Part shown: positions 51,588-60,952 of the stretch, piece by piece
How the letters are laid out: every line of letters begins with the position of its first letter
Numbering within the stretch: position 1 is the first letter of the stretch
Program-made: the position numbers and the translations under genes
Assembly: GCA_964486045.1 (NCBI GenBank)
Contig: CAZALK010000014.1
Span: 64,001-128,000, forward strand
Reading direction: 5' to 3'
DNA from: an uncultured archaeon
GTDB lineage: Archaea > Asgardarchaeota > Lokiarchaeia > Sigyniarchaeales > SOKP01
Length of the DNA: 64,000 nt
Notes under the pieces: model-generated
The model's input: only the letters and a program-made list of their open reading frames with translations
The model's database searches: none
What the model was told of the DNA's origin: nothing

Positions 51588-52943
51588 ATGAGCGAAATTA
51601 AAGAGATCAAAAGGGAAAGTACTACTAATTTTAAAAAAATATTGTTTGGTGCACCTAGATTAGGTACTTCAATTGTTCTCGGTATTGAAGGATGGGCCTT
51701 ATTAACACTATATACAAGTGGGTATGGCTTGCAACCCTTCCTGGCAGGATTTGCTATTGCTATGGGTTATTTAACTATTGCCCTTTCACAGTTCTTATTA
51801 GGTTGGATAAGTGATGCAAAATATACAAAATGGGGTAGAAGAAAACCTTACATAATAATTTTTGCTCCATTGCTAGGAATATCTATCATTTTTTTATTGT
51901 TGCCTGGATTAATGATAGACCTCGCTGATAAACAAACATTATTTATATGGATGTTAATTTGGGAGATAGTTTTCCGAGGTAGTTATGCAGTAACAACCCC
52001 CTACCAAGCGTGGATGGCAGAAGAATTTCCTGTAGAAGAAAGACCAAAGGCTTCACAATATCAAAATACTTTCAATTATATTGGAAATGGGATTATGGCT
52101 CTTTTTTCATTGATTATTCTTACAAAATATATTGAAGGGGGAGCGGGAAGTGATATACCGTTAGATTTTTTACTACCCATTATAATATTTGGTAGTCTAA
52201 CAATTGTTTTATTTTACATTGTTGTGTTTAAATTTCCTACGGAACCTCATTATAAAATAAGTTCAGGCTTAGTTGATAGCTTGAAGACTATTGTAAAAAA
52301 CAGAAATTTCATGAAAATCGTATTAATGGTTGGTATATCTGGTCTAGGTTGGTCAATGTTAACAACCGTAATGTTAAAATACCTTATCGATGCCTTAAAT
52401 TTGGGTACGATCGACTACATGATTTCTGCTGTAGCTTTACTTTTAACGATCTTCATTTTCCTATACATATGGAGAAGAACTATCCAAAAATTGGGGAAGA
52501 AAAAGGCGTTACTTTACGTTTTTCTAGGTGCTATAGTGTTTCTACCTATATCTTTATTAGGTTTAATCCCCATGGGTTCTTATTTAGGAGTAGGTATAGT
52601 TTTCATAGTGGGTATAGGTGCTATTTTGGGTGGATGGTTTTTATTTCCCTATATAGTTTTTGCTGATGTAGCAGAGGATGATGAAAAATCAACAGGAGAG
52701 TTAAAAGCAGGAATCTATGCTGGATTTCCATCCATTATCCTTAACTTATTTCAAGCTGTAGGTGCTTTCCTTATTGGTGCTATTCTATCTTTACCAGATA
52801 TTAATCCCACAGGAAACTTTAGCTATTCTATTGGATTAATATTATTTGGTCCAATCGTATCAGTGATAATGCTTATATCGTATTTGTATACAAGAAGTTA
52901 TGTAAATTTAGATTTTGATTGGGAGAGAAAGAAAAATTCCTAA
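51588..52943 (+). CDS. MFS/GPH (MelB-like) transporter
   Basis: GWISD..YTKWGRRKPY, PYQAW, GIYAG; 12 TMs. Confidence 0.9.
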   Translation: MSEIKEIKRESTTNFKKILFGAPRLGTSIVLGIEGWALLTLYTSGYGLQPFLAGFAIAMGYLTIALSQFLLGWISDAKYTKWGRRKPYIIIFAPLLGISIIFLLLPGLMIDLADKQTLFIWMLIWEIVFRGSYAVTTPYQAWMAEEFPVEERPKASQYQNTFNYIGNGIMALFSLIILTKYIEGGAGSDIPLDFLLPIIIFGSLTIVLFYIVVFKFPTEPHYKISSGLVDSLKTIVKNRNFMKIVLMVGISGLGWSMLTTVMLKYLIDALNLGTIDYMISAVALLLTIFIFLYIWRRTIQKLGKKKALLYVFLGAIVFLPISLLGLIPMGSYLGVGIVFIVGIGAILGGWFLFPYIVFADVAEDDEKSTGELKAGIYAGFPSIILNLFQAVGAFLIGAILSLPDINPTGNFSYSIGLILFGPIVSVIMLISYLYTRSYVNLDFDWERKKNS

Positions 52944-53027
52944 TCGAAATTAATTCTTTTTTTTAAAAATTTTTTGTGAGTTGTGTTTCTTAAATAAAGT
53001 CAATAAATCATAAAACACTAAATTAAA

Positions 53028-54392
53028 GTGGATATGATTTTTGATATAGTTCTAAAAATTTACAATAAATATTACATCTGTGTCCATTGTCTTGGTAGGA
53101 TGTTTTCTCTGTTAGGATCTCACACAACAAACCAAGAAAGGGGAAATTCTTTATTACTTTCATTAACTATGGAAAATCATAAAATTTTTCTGTCGAATAA
53201 TAAGGAACAGCGTGAAATTGCACTAGTTAATCTAAAAATATTAGCTGAAAAAGCAAATTACTTACCGGCTAAAAGAGTTTTATCAAATGAAGGGTTGAAA
53301 TATGTTACACTAAACTCAAGTCGAACATGTTATTTATGTCAAAATATTTTCTTAAAAATCAAAACTTATGGAGAAAAAGCCATAACTGCCCTTGAAGGGA
53401 TTGAATTTTGTAATTTTTTAGTAGGATCTACTCCAGACTCTCAAATTATAAATCGAGAGGATGATTTTAAAGCTAATTTTAAGTTATTAGAAGCAGAATC
53501 TTTTAAAAGTCATTTCAATAGAGATATTGGGAAATATCTCTCAGAGAGACTTAATAAACCTCCAGATTTTAGCAAGCCAGATATATCCATAGTTTTTTTT
53601 GTTAACTATGAATCATCTTCTCTTAAATTAAACTTAAAATCTCTTTTTATATATGGAAGGTATAATAAGTTTATACGAGGAATTCCTCAAACCCATTGGT
53701 TATGCAAAAATTGTATGGGAAGGGGATGTATAAAATGTGATTTTTCAGGAAAACAATATCTAACAAGCGTGGAGGAAATAATATCTCCAATTTTCGTTAA
53801 AGAATCAAAAGCTACTGATTCTAAGTTTCATGGTGCTGGTCGAGAAGATATTGACGTGAGGATGTTAGGTACAGGAAGACCCTTTATTATTGAATTGAGA
53901 AATCCACAAATCCGAACGTTAATTCTCACTAAAATAGAGAAAAAAGTGAATAAAGTTAATAAAAAGAAAGTTAGAATTCGAAATTTAAGAATTAGCAATA
54001 AGCAAGAAGTTGTCCACATGAAAAGTGAGGCTTCAAACAACAAAAAAGTTTATAAAGCATTAGTTAAAACTAGAGAGAAAATCCCTAAACGGATCTTTGA
54101 AGAGAAAATAAGAGTATTAAAGCTCGCGCTTGAAAATAATAAAATTAATCAAAGAACACCCCTAAGGGTTTCTCACCGGCGTGCTGATAAAATTAGAAAG
54201 AAGATTATTTATAAAATAGGGGGGAAATTTGTTAAATCTAATTTATTTGAGTTTACTATTGAAACCCAAGGTGGAACTTACGTAAAAGAACTAATAAATG
54301 GGGATACTGGTCGTACATCTCCTTCCTTTTCAGACTTGTTTGAAGTACCTTTAGTTTGTAAAGAATTAGACGTATTAGAAATCTCATCTTAA
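53028..54392 (+). CDS. pus10: tRNA pseudouridine(54/55) synthase
   Basis: CVHCLGR, GRYNKFIRGIPQTHW, FHGAGREDIDVRMLG, QRTPLRVSHRRAD, GGTYVKELI. Confidence 0.97.
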   Translation: MDMIFDIVLKIYNKYYICVHCLGRMFSLLGSHTTNQERGNSLLLSLTMENHKIFLSNNKEQREIALVNLKILAEKANYLPAKRVLSNEGLKYVTLNSSRTCYLCQNIFLKIKTYGEKAITALEGIEFCNFLVGSTPDSQIINREDDFKANFKLLEAESFKSHFNRDIGKYLSERLNKPPDFSKPDISIVFFVNYESSSLKLNLKSLFIYGRYNKFIRGIPQTHWLCKNCMGRGCIKCDFSGKQYLTSVEEIISPIFVKESKATDSKFHGAGREDIDVRMLGTGRPFIIELRNPQIRTLILTKIEKKVNKVNKKKVRIRNLRISNKQEVVHMKSEASNNKKVYKALVKTREKIPKRIFEEKIRVLKLALENNKINQRTPLRVSHRRADKIRKKIIYKIGGKFVKSNLFEFTIETQGGTYVKELINGDTGRTSPSFSDLFEVPLVCKELDVLEISS

Positions 54393-54486
54393 AATGAATG
54401 AAGGTAATTTATACATCTAAAATCAAAAAATAAATAAATTATTATTCATATATCAACTCAATATAAATTTTTAAAGGTGTTCTGTT

Positions 54487-54792
54487 ATAACAAATCATAA
54501 AGGTTATAGAAATAAGACTCGGAAACTCTATCGGAAGAAAGTAAGAAAGAGAGGGCTCGGATCGATTGAAAAATATTTAATTGATTACAACATCCAAGAC
54601 AAAGTCGATATTATTGGAGATCCATCTATCCATAAACGTGGACTCCCCCACCGAAGACACTACGGAAAAACTGGCACGATTATAGGGCAAAGAGGTCGCT
54701 GCTTCTTAGTTGAGGTTAAGTTAGGAAATGCCATAAAAACCTTGATAGTTGGTAGAGAACACTTGAGAATAAATTCTGCATCTGTTAAATAA
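54487..54792 (+). CDS. rpl21e: 50S ribosomal protein L21e (eL21), ATA start; missing from ORF track
   Basis: (M)TNHKGYRNKTRKLYRK...DPSIHKRGLPHRRHYGKTG...GREHLR, in the usual pus10-rpl21e-rpoF position. In-frame TAA at 54472 and no ATG/GTG/TTG before the conserved N-terminus. Confidence 0.93.
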   Translation: MTNHKGYRNKTRKLYRKKVRKRGLGSIEKYLIDYNIQDKVDIIGDPSIHKRGLPHRRHYGKTGTIIGQRGRCFLVEVKLGNAIKTLIVGREHLRINSASVK

Positions 54793-54820
54793 TTAGTTAT
54801 TAAAATAGGTAGGAATTAAT

Positions 54821-55186
54821 ATGTCTGGTCGTAAAAAAGATGAGAGAATAGTTTCTATTCCAGAAGTTAAAGAAATTATGAATTATGTAAAAGAACAAAT
54901 GGAAGAAATCGATACTGAGGAAGGTATGTCACACTTTCAAGAAATAACTTATAATTATGTGAACAAGTTTGCTAAAATGGATTTTAAAACCTCAAAGAAA
55001 GTTAAAGATTTTCTTATTAAAAAGTATGATATTGAAGAACTTTATACCATTAATATTATAAACATTAATCCTCAGACTGTTATGGAATTGCGAGTTATTC
55101 TTGAGAAATCTTTTACTGGAAAAACTTTTACAGAAAAACAATTAGAAGTAATTTTGGAAGAATTAGAAGATATTAAAACCTCTTAA
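54821..55186 (+). CDS. rpo4: RNA polymerase subunit Rpo4/RpoF
   Basis: VSIPEVKEIM, YVNKFAK, IININPQTVMELRVIL; synteny. Confidence 0.92.
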   Translation: MSGRKKDERIVSIPEVKEIMNYVKEQMEEIDTEEGMSHFQEITYNYVNKFAKMDFKTSKKVKDFLIKKYDIEELYTINIININPQTVMELRVILEKSFTGKTFTEKQLEVILEELEDIKTS

Positions 55187-55315
55187 ATTACGAAGAATTT
55201 ATAAGTCTGTCTTGTTTTAAATTCTAATGTACTACTACCCTACATCATTGAGTAGTTAAATAATAAAAAATAAATAAGATGGTTTACGGAAAAGTAAAAA
55301 ACAAAAGTATTGCTA

Positions 55316-55960
55316 ATGATGGAACGAAGAGATCGATACAGAGGTCCACCTCGGAAAAGAGGTTATCGAAATGGTCCCAGAAAGAAAAAGCAGTTTATAA
55401 AGAAATTTCGGGAAGTTGTAATTTTAGATTTATTACTGCATGGACATCCCGAAGAAGATAAGCCAAGTTGGTCAAAAACACCGATAGCCCAAGTTCTTAC
55501 TTTTCCGGATTTTGTACTTTACGAAGTAAAAATAAATAAAAATTCAGAGATTCAAGTTCAAGAACAAAGTACTTATGAGGTATTTTTAAACGAGGATAAA
55601 TTAAGAGATGTTTCTAAAAAGATTGACTACAATGATCTTACTAGTACATCAAAAGCATTAATTCAGCCTATTCTTGAAGATGAGGTTTTAAATTATGAAG
55701 AAGAATTCATCAATTTCTTTAATAATTCTACATCAATAACTCCTAGGATGCATGCATTAAAATTATTACCTGGAGTCGGTCAAAAACATATGTGGGAAAT
55801 ACTTGAGACAAGAGAAAGGCAAAAATTTGTAACCTTCCAAGATATTTCCGACAGGACTAGTATTTCAGCTCCAGCAAGACTAGTTGCCCAAAGAATTATC
55901 AAAGAACTTTCACGAGATGTAAAATACTATCTTTTCAGTAAAACTCAAAAATATGAATAG
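55316..55960 (+). CDS. DUF655 putative RNA-binding protein
   Basis: VILDLL.HG, FFNNSTSITPRMHALKLLPGVG; synteny. Confidence 0.9.
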   Translation: MMERRDRYRGPPRKRGYRNGPRKKKQFIKKFREVVILDLLLHGHPEEDKPSWSKTPIAQVLTFPDFVLYEVKINKNSEIQVQEQSTYEVFLNEDKLRDVSKKIDYNDLTSTSKALIQPILEDEVLNYEEEFINFFNNSTSITPRMHALKLLPGVGQKHMWEILETRERQKFVTFQDISDRTSISAPARLVAQRIIKELSRDVKYYLFSKTQKYE

Positions 55961-55965
55961 AACGT

Positions 55966-56802
55966 ATGAATTATACGGATGTACGGCTAACTTTAAACCG
56001 ACTAAATTTAAAACCTAAAAAATCTCTAGGTCAAAATTTTCTAATTAATAAAAATATTTCAAGAAAAATTGTTACTACATCCGAAATTACAAAGGAAGAT
56101 ATTATTTTAGAAATCGGACCTGGTTTAGGAGCTCTAACAGAATTATTGGTGGAAAAAGCAAAAAAAATTTTTGCTATTGAAATTGATCCTAATCTGAGCA
56201 AATACCTCTCTGAAAAATTCTCTGTATACAACAATGTTGAAGTGATAAACGATGATATCCTAGAAGTTAATCTTTCAAACTACAATAAAGTCATCTCGAA
56301 TTTGCCTTACACAATAACCGGACCTATATTAGAAAAAGTATTTTTCAAAAAAGATCCCCCCTCAGGAATAATAACAATTGAAAAAAGTATAGGAAACCGT
56401 ATTTTTTTATCTGGCAATTATAAAGAATTCTCAAGAATTAGTGTTACTCTTAATGCGTTTATGACACCAATTTCTAAATATAATATACCACGAGAAAGTT
56501 TTTATCCTGTTCCAAAAATCGATCTACTTCTAATTAAAATTATTCCTACCGAAAATTTAAACTCATTTTTGTCAGATGCAAAATCTATAAACTATTTTTT
56601 AAAATTTGTTGCAGGAACCATGCCATACAAAAATAAAAATATAGCTAATGCTCTATGCCATTATTTCGAAACAATTAATAAAAATATGTGCTCCAAAGAT
56701 AAAATCATTCAGATTTTAAACCAAAACAAGTATGAAAATAAGAAACTATTCAGTTTTAAAAACAACGAAATTATAGAAATTAGTAGCCTATTTTATTTTT
56801 AG
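55966..56802 (+). CDS. rsmA: 16S rRNA adenine dimethyltransferase (KsgA/Dim1)
   Basis: KKSLGQNFL, LEIGPGLGALT, IEID, SNLPY. Confidence 0.96.
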   Translation: MNYTDVRLTLNRLNLKPKKSLGQNFLINKNISRKIVTTSEITKEDIILEIGPGLGALTELLVEKAKKIFAIEIDPNLSKYLSEKFSVYNNVEVINDDILEVNLSNYNKVISNLPYTITGPILEKVFFKKDPPSGIITIEKSIGNRIFLSGNYKEFSRISVTLNAFMTPISKYNIPRESFYPVPKIDLLLIKIIPTENLNSFLSDAKSINYFLKFVAGTMPYKNKNIANALCHYFETINKNMCSKDKIIQILNQNKYENKKLFSFKNNEIIEISSLFYF

Positions 56803-56822
56803 GCTTTACGTCTAAATCCGAT

Positions 56823-57518
56823 GTGATTCCATTTAACTCTATACCCGATCCTTTAATTGAATGTGATACTCAGAATGTATACTTTCCAAAAGAAGATTCA
56901 TATCTCATTATTGATTACTTCAAAAATAACATAAGCGATACCTTTTTTGACGGAATAGATATAAGTGAAATTGAGATGGTTTTAGATATGGGGACTGGTT
57001 CAGGCATTATCGCAATAATTTTTCAATTTTTTAAGTTAAAAATTAAAAAATTTAACCCTAGGATATTTGCCTCTGATATCTTAGAAGACTCAATAAATTG
57101 TGCTAAACATAATGAAATTCTAAATAATTTTCATAATGAAATTGTATTCATTCAATCAGATTTATTTAATTCTTTCCCAGAATCACTTGAATCTTCGTTT
57201 AATATTATCGTTTTTAATCCACCATATTTGCCTTCCTCACCCTTAATCAAAGATAAGAGTAGTAAAAAGAATATCGATTGGAGTTGGGATGGTGGGCTAA
57301 AGGGCTTTGAAGTTTTAATTGAATTCATTAAAGAATTAAGAAATTTTCTCAATTTACAAAAAATTTATCATGTATATTACACCAGCTCAAGTAGGACTAA
57401 TTTGGATGAATTAAATAAAACTGTTAATGAACTTGGATTTAGAAATGAAATCGTAGAAAGAAAACATTTTTTCTTTGAGGATATTTTTATAAATAGATTA
57501 ACCAGTCTTAAAAGCTAA
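56823..57518 (+). CDS. HemK2/Mtq2-like glutamine methyltransferase
   Basis: VYFPKEDSYL, LDMGTGSG, FNPPYLP, WDGG. Confidence 0.9.
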   Translation: MIPFNSIPDPLIECDTQNVYFPKEDSYLIIDYFKNNISDTFFDGIDISEIEMVLDMGTGSGIIAIIFQFFKLKIKKFNPRIFASDILEDSINCAKHNEILNNFHNEIVFIQSDLFNSFPESLESSFNIIVFNPPYLPSSPLIKDKSSKKNIDWSWDGGLKGFEVLIEFIKELRNFLNLQKIYHVYYTSSSRTNLDELNKTVNELGFRNEIVERKHFFFEDIFINRLTSLKS

Positions 57519-58795
57519 AAAGGTCTTCTGTTTCTTCTTTTTTCGAGAAGTGAAACACCATGCAGATGTAGAGTTCTTGTTAGATTATTCAACAAAAGAT
57601 TAACTTCATTTGGTTTAAAAACAGCACGTTTATGGGCTTCGATTTGAGGAATAGGTAATCCATAATGTTCATTTAAACTAGAAATTGGCAATAATATTGA
57701 AGATATTAAATCTGCTTTTTTGGATGCTTTTTCTATTGAATGTTTTTCATCCATAAAAAATTCAATTCTGCATGGGGTGTCAAATTTAGCAGTTTTCAGA
57801 TAAAATGCATAAAACGCAAGTGGAAAATAATATGGTATTTCTTTTTTTATACCAGTATCTCTTATCTTATCTATCTCTCTTTTACAATGAAAAATACAAC
57901 TTCTTTCAGTTTTTTTTAATAATCTATTGAATAAATCAATATCAGAGAAATATTTAAAAACTTCCCTATAGTTAATCTTGATAAAGTCGCTCAACTTTGA
58001 ATAATTTGGCATTAATAATTGTATAGATTCACTTAGAAGATTTGAGAGAGCAGAAGTTCTTGTATCTTTTATAGAACCTATTAATATTATATCTTTCTCC
58101 TTACAATTTAAATATAATTGATGGTATTCTTTTAATAAAATATCATAATTTTTGGATATTTCAGCATCTTTTGAGAATAGTAGGTTTATTGGAGTGATAA
58201 CAATTGATCCATCAATAATTATCAGATCTATATCAGTTGATTTTTCTATTAATTCATTTAACAAATTGATTTCCATACATTTCATATTAATTGATGTTTT
58301 GACATCAACAATGGTTTCATCCTGGTTAAAAAAATTCCCCTCAACGATATAATTATTAAAGCCACTTAAATCTGGAAAATACCGAATACTCGCCACATGA
58401 TTTTGATGAAAATAATATTTTACAGCAATAGCTTTTAAAAAAGAAAAATCAACATTCATAAATTTTTTAGTTACTGAGCTTCCATCTACACTTACAACAT
58501 TTAACCCTCTAATATTCGAGAAGGACATAGATTTTTTTAGATTATCTTCCTTAATATAAAATCTAGGAAATGATTTGAAACCGCTAAAATCTAACTGTTC
58601 TATGTTTTTTAAAATGATCTTTGAAAATTGTTTCTTTAAAGCTTCAATATCAAGATAATTTTTCGCTAAAATTTTTAAATCATTCAGTAAAAGGTGCTCC
58701 TTTGTCGTACCTTTTTTGCCTAAAAAAATTCTTTCTTTTTTTACAAAATCTATTTTCTCGCCATTAATTTTAAATGATTTTTCACGTATGGTCAT
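57515..58795 (-). CDS. nurA: NurA nuclease
   Basis: VSVDGS, IIIDGS, GSIKD, YGLPIPQIEAHKRA. Confidence 0.88.
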   Translation of the reverse strand: MTIREKSFKINGEKIDFVKKERIFLGKKGTTKEHLLLNDLKILAKNYLDIEALKKQFSKIILKNIEQLDFSGFKSFPRFYIKEDNLKKSMSFSNIRGLNVVSVDGSSVTKKFMNVDFSFLKAIAVKYYFHQNHVASIRYFPDLSGFNNYIVEGNFFNQDETIVDVKTSINMKCMEINLLNELIEKSTDIDLIIIDGSIVITPINLLFSKDAEISKNYDILLKEYHQLYLNCKEKDIILIGSIKDTRTSALSNLLSESIQLLMPNYSKLSDFIKINYREVFKYFSDIDLFNRLLKKTERSCIFHCKREIDKIRDTGIKKEIPYYFPLAFYAFYLKTAKFDTPCRIEFFMDEKHSIEKASKKADLISSILLPISSLNEHYGLPIPQIEAHKRAVFKPNEVNLLLNNLTRTLHLHGVSLLEKRRNRRPF

Positions 58796-58883
58796 TAAAA
58801 GATGTAGAAGATAGAGATAATAATAATAGTAATGAGATATTTAATTTTTTGATTTGCCTAATTATTCTTAAGAGACTTAAACA

Positions 58884-59519
58884 ATGCAACTAGGAGAAAA
58901 TCCTTGGGTTTTAATTGGATTAACTTTTCTCGAATTACTCTTTATTATTGTTCCAGTAGTTATATCTAGCAAAATCGAGAAAAAAACTATCAAACAATTA
59001 CTTTCTGAGATGGGATTCCAAAAAAATGAAGAGAAATTTATTAAAATAATAGCAGGCTTAAGCATTGGAGTCTTATTTTTTTTTCTTGGGGATTTTCTAA
59101 TAATATTTTTTAGAGATGTAGTGGTAGAAAATTTATTTGGTACCAAATTTATTGAAGAAGGACAACAAGGAGTAATAAGTACCACCCCAATTCAGCCTAA
59201 TTTAATCCAATTATCAATTCTAATATTACTACAAATTGGTATTGTTGGTCCCTGCGAAGAAGCTTTTTTTAGGGGATTTATTATAAAGAAGTTTAAAGTG
59301 AAAATAAAATTAGGATATTCCATAATAATTTCATCGATTTTTTTTACATTTTATCATGTTCCCCCTTTTTTAGTGCCTTTAGCTACGATCATTACATTTT
59401 TTGGATATTATTTTATATTTGGAGTATTATTAGCCTTAATTTTTGTATATTTTAATTATTCTTTAATTCCCCCCGTAGTGGCACATCTCATTTTTAATAT
59501 TTTTCTGTTATTGCTATAA
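58884..59519 (+). CDS. CPBP/Abi (type II CAAX) intramembrane protease
   Basis: EEAFFRG, FTFYH, AHLIFN motifs intact. Confidence 0.9.
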   Translation: MQLGENPWVLIGLTFLELLFIIVPVVISSKIEKKTIKQLLSEMGFQKNEEKFIKIIAGLSIGVLFFFLGDFLIIFFRDVVVENLFGTKFIEEGQQGVISTTPIQPNLIQLSILILLQIGIVGPCEEAFFRGFIIKKFKVKIKLGYSIIISSIFFTFYHVPPFLVPLATIITFFGYYFIFGVLLALIFVYFNYSLIPPVVAHLIFNIFLLLL

Positions 59520-59669
59520 TATTCTTATTATATAGTGTACTCGAAATGTAAATCTTAAATTAAACAAAAATTAATTAATACTAGGTATATTAATATCATA
59601 AGTCTAAAATTGAACTGGAAAATTTTTTACACTTAAAAATCGAGGAAATTTCTCAATATATTGTAAAAA

Positions 59670-60197
59670 TTGAAGAGAATGACTGATTACGATTATACCT
59701 TTAAATTAATGATGTTAGGTGATGCATCCGTAGGGAAAACATCCCTTACCTTAAGGTATATCTCAGGATTCTTCATGGAAGACTTGAAACTTACAATTGG
59801 AGTCGACTTTTATAGTAAGACGATACTCTTCAACGGTAAAAAAGTAAAACTACAAATGTGGGACTTTGGGGGTGAGGAAAGATTCAGATTTCTCCTTTCT
59901 CAATATTGCAAAGGAGCAAATGGGGCGTTTTTTCTATATGATATAACAAATGTAAGAAGCATAGAACATTTGCCAGAGTGGACCCAAATAGTTAGGGAAA
60001 ACGCAGGAGATATCCCAATAATGCTTATTGGGTCTAAGAAAGATTTGGATGAATTTCGAACAGTCCCGAGGGAAGATGGAATATTAGCTGCAAAAAAATA
60101 CAACCTGGCTAGTTTTATCGAGTTATCATCGAAAACAGGAGAAAATGTTGAGAGCACATTTAAAGTAATGACTGAAACTCTTTTTGAAGATTATTAA
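59670..60197 (+). CDS. Rab-like small GTPase
   Basis: GDASVGKTS, TIGVDF, KLQMWDFGGE, GSKKD, ELSSK. Confidence 0.94.
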   Translation: MKRMTDYDYTFKLMMLGDASVGKTSLTLRYISGFFMEDLKLTIGVDFYSKTILFNGKKVKLQMWDFGGEERFRFLLSQYCKGANGAFFLYDITNVRSIEHLPEWTQIVRENAGDIPIMLIGSKKDLDEFRTVPREDGILAAKKYNLASFIELSSKTGENVESTFKVMTETLFEDY

Positions 60198-60294
60198 TAA
60201 AAAACCATACTATGGTTAGACAATTCTATTTCTCATTAACTTTTAGAAAGGGTTAATCAAATAATTTAAATCTAATAGTATTAAATTAAATATT

Positions 60295-60819
60295 ATGAAT
60301 GCTGAAGAAACCCCAAGACCTAAAGGGATAGATATAAACATAGAAGCACCTCAAATAGATACTGTGGATATTTATGATAATAAAGTCAATCTGAGTAATT
60401 TACTTATTGAATATAACGGTGTACTAATCGATTTTTTTCGAGGTAATTGGTGAAGTCATTGTAAAGCCCATTTGTCATTACTAACAGAACATATATCTGA
60501 ATTTGAAAAGCGAAACATGAAACTTTTATCAATAGCAAGTGATAGTATAAGACTTCTTAGGAAATTTAAAGAGGAAAACAACTTTAATGTAGATATAATA
60601 TCTGACCGAGGAGCTATAATAATAAAAAAATATGGATTAAAATGGTTTGCCCCAGGTGCAGGTAAGAAAATGAATATCAAACAAGCTGTTCCAAGTAAAT
60701 ACTTAATTAACAAGGAGGGAATAATCGTGTGGAAGTATATAGGGAAAGATAAGACAGACAGACCCTCCATTGAAATGATGACGTCAATTATAGATAAATA
60801 CCTCATAAATCCCGAATAA
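60295..60819 (+). CDS. Peroxiredoxin-like (AhpC/TSA) selenoprotein, UxxC motif
   Basis: ATG 60295 is in frame with ORF 60472-60819. Reads FFRGNW-TGA(60451)-SHC; the TGA sits at the first Cys of the family FxRGxWCxxC motif. SECIS-like element follows the stop. Confidence 0.92.
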
Positions 60820-60821
60820 GA

Positions 60822-60857
60822 ATGATTCGTACGTAAAAATTATAGACGTTCGAGGAC
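60822..60857 (+). promoter_or_regulatory. Eukaryote-type (Loki-type) SECIS element
   Basis: AUGAU / GGAC tandem G.A core, stem UCGUACGU/ACGUUCGA, apical loop beginning AAAAA; starts 3 nt after the selenoprotein stop codon. Confidence 0.85.
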
Positions 60858-60952
60858 AACCACGCAATGGTTTTGGGATTAACATATTTTTTTAAAATTT
60901 CACCGTAAATTTTTTATAATTCATCTTTTATTAGATTCTCAAAACTTAATAT

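Noticed and set aside
55279-55461. 60-aa ORF overlapping DUF655 in another frame
   Set aside because: No recognisable family; explained as a shadow frame of the conserved gene.
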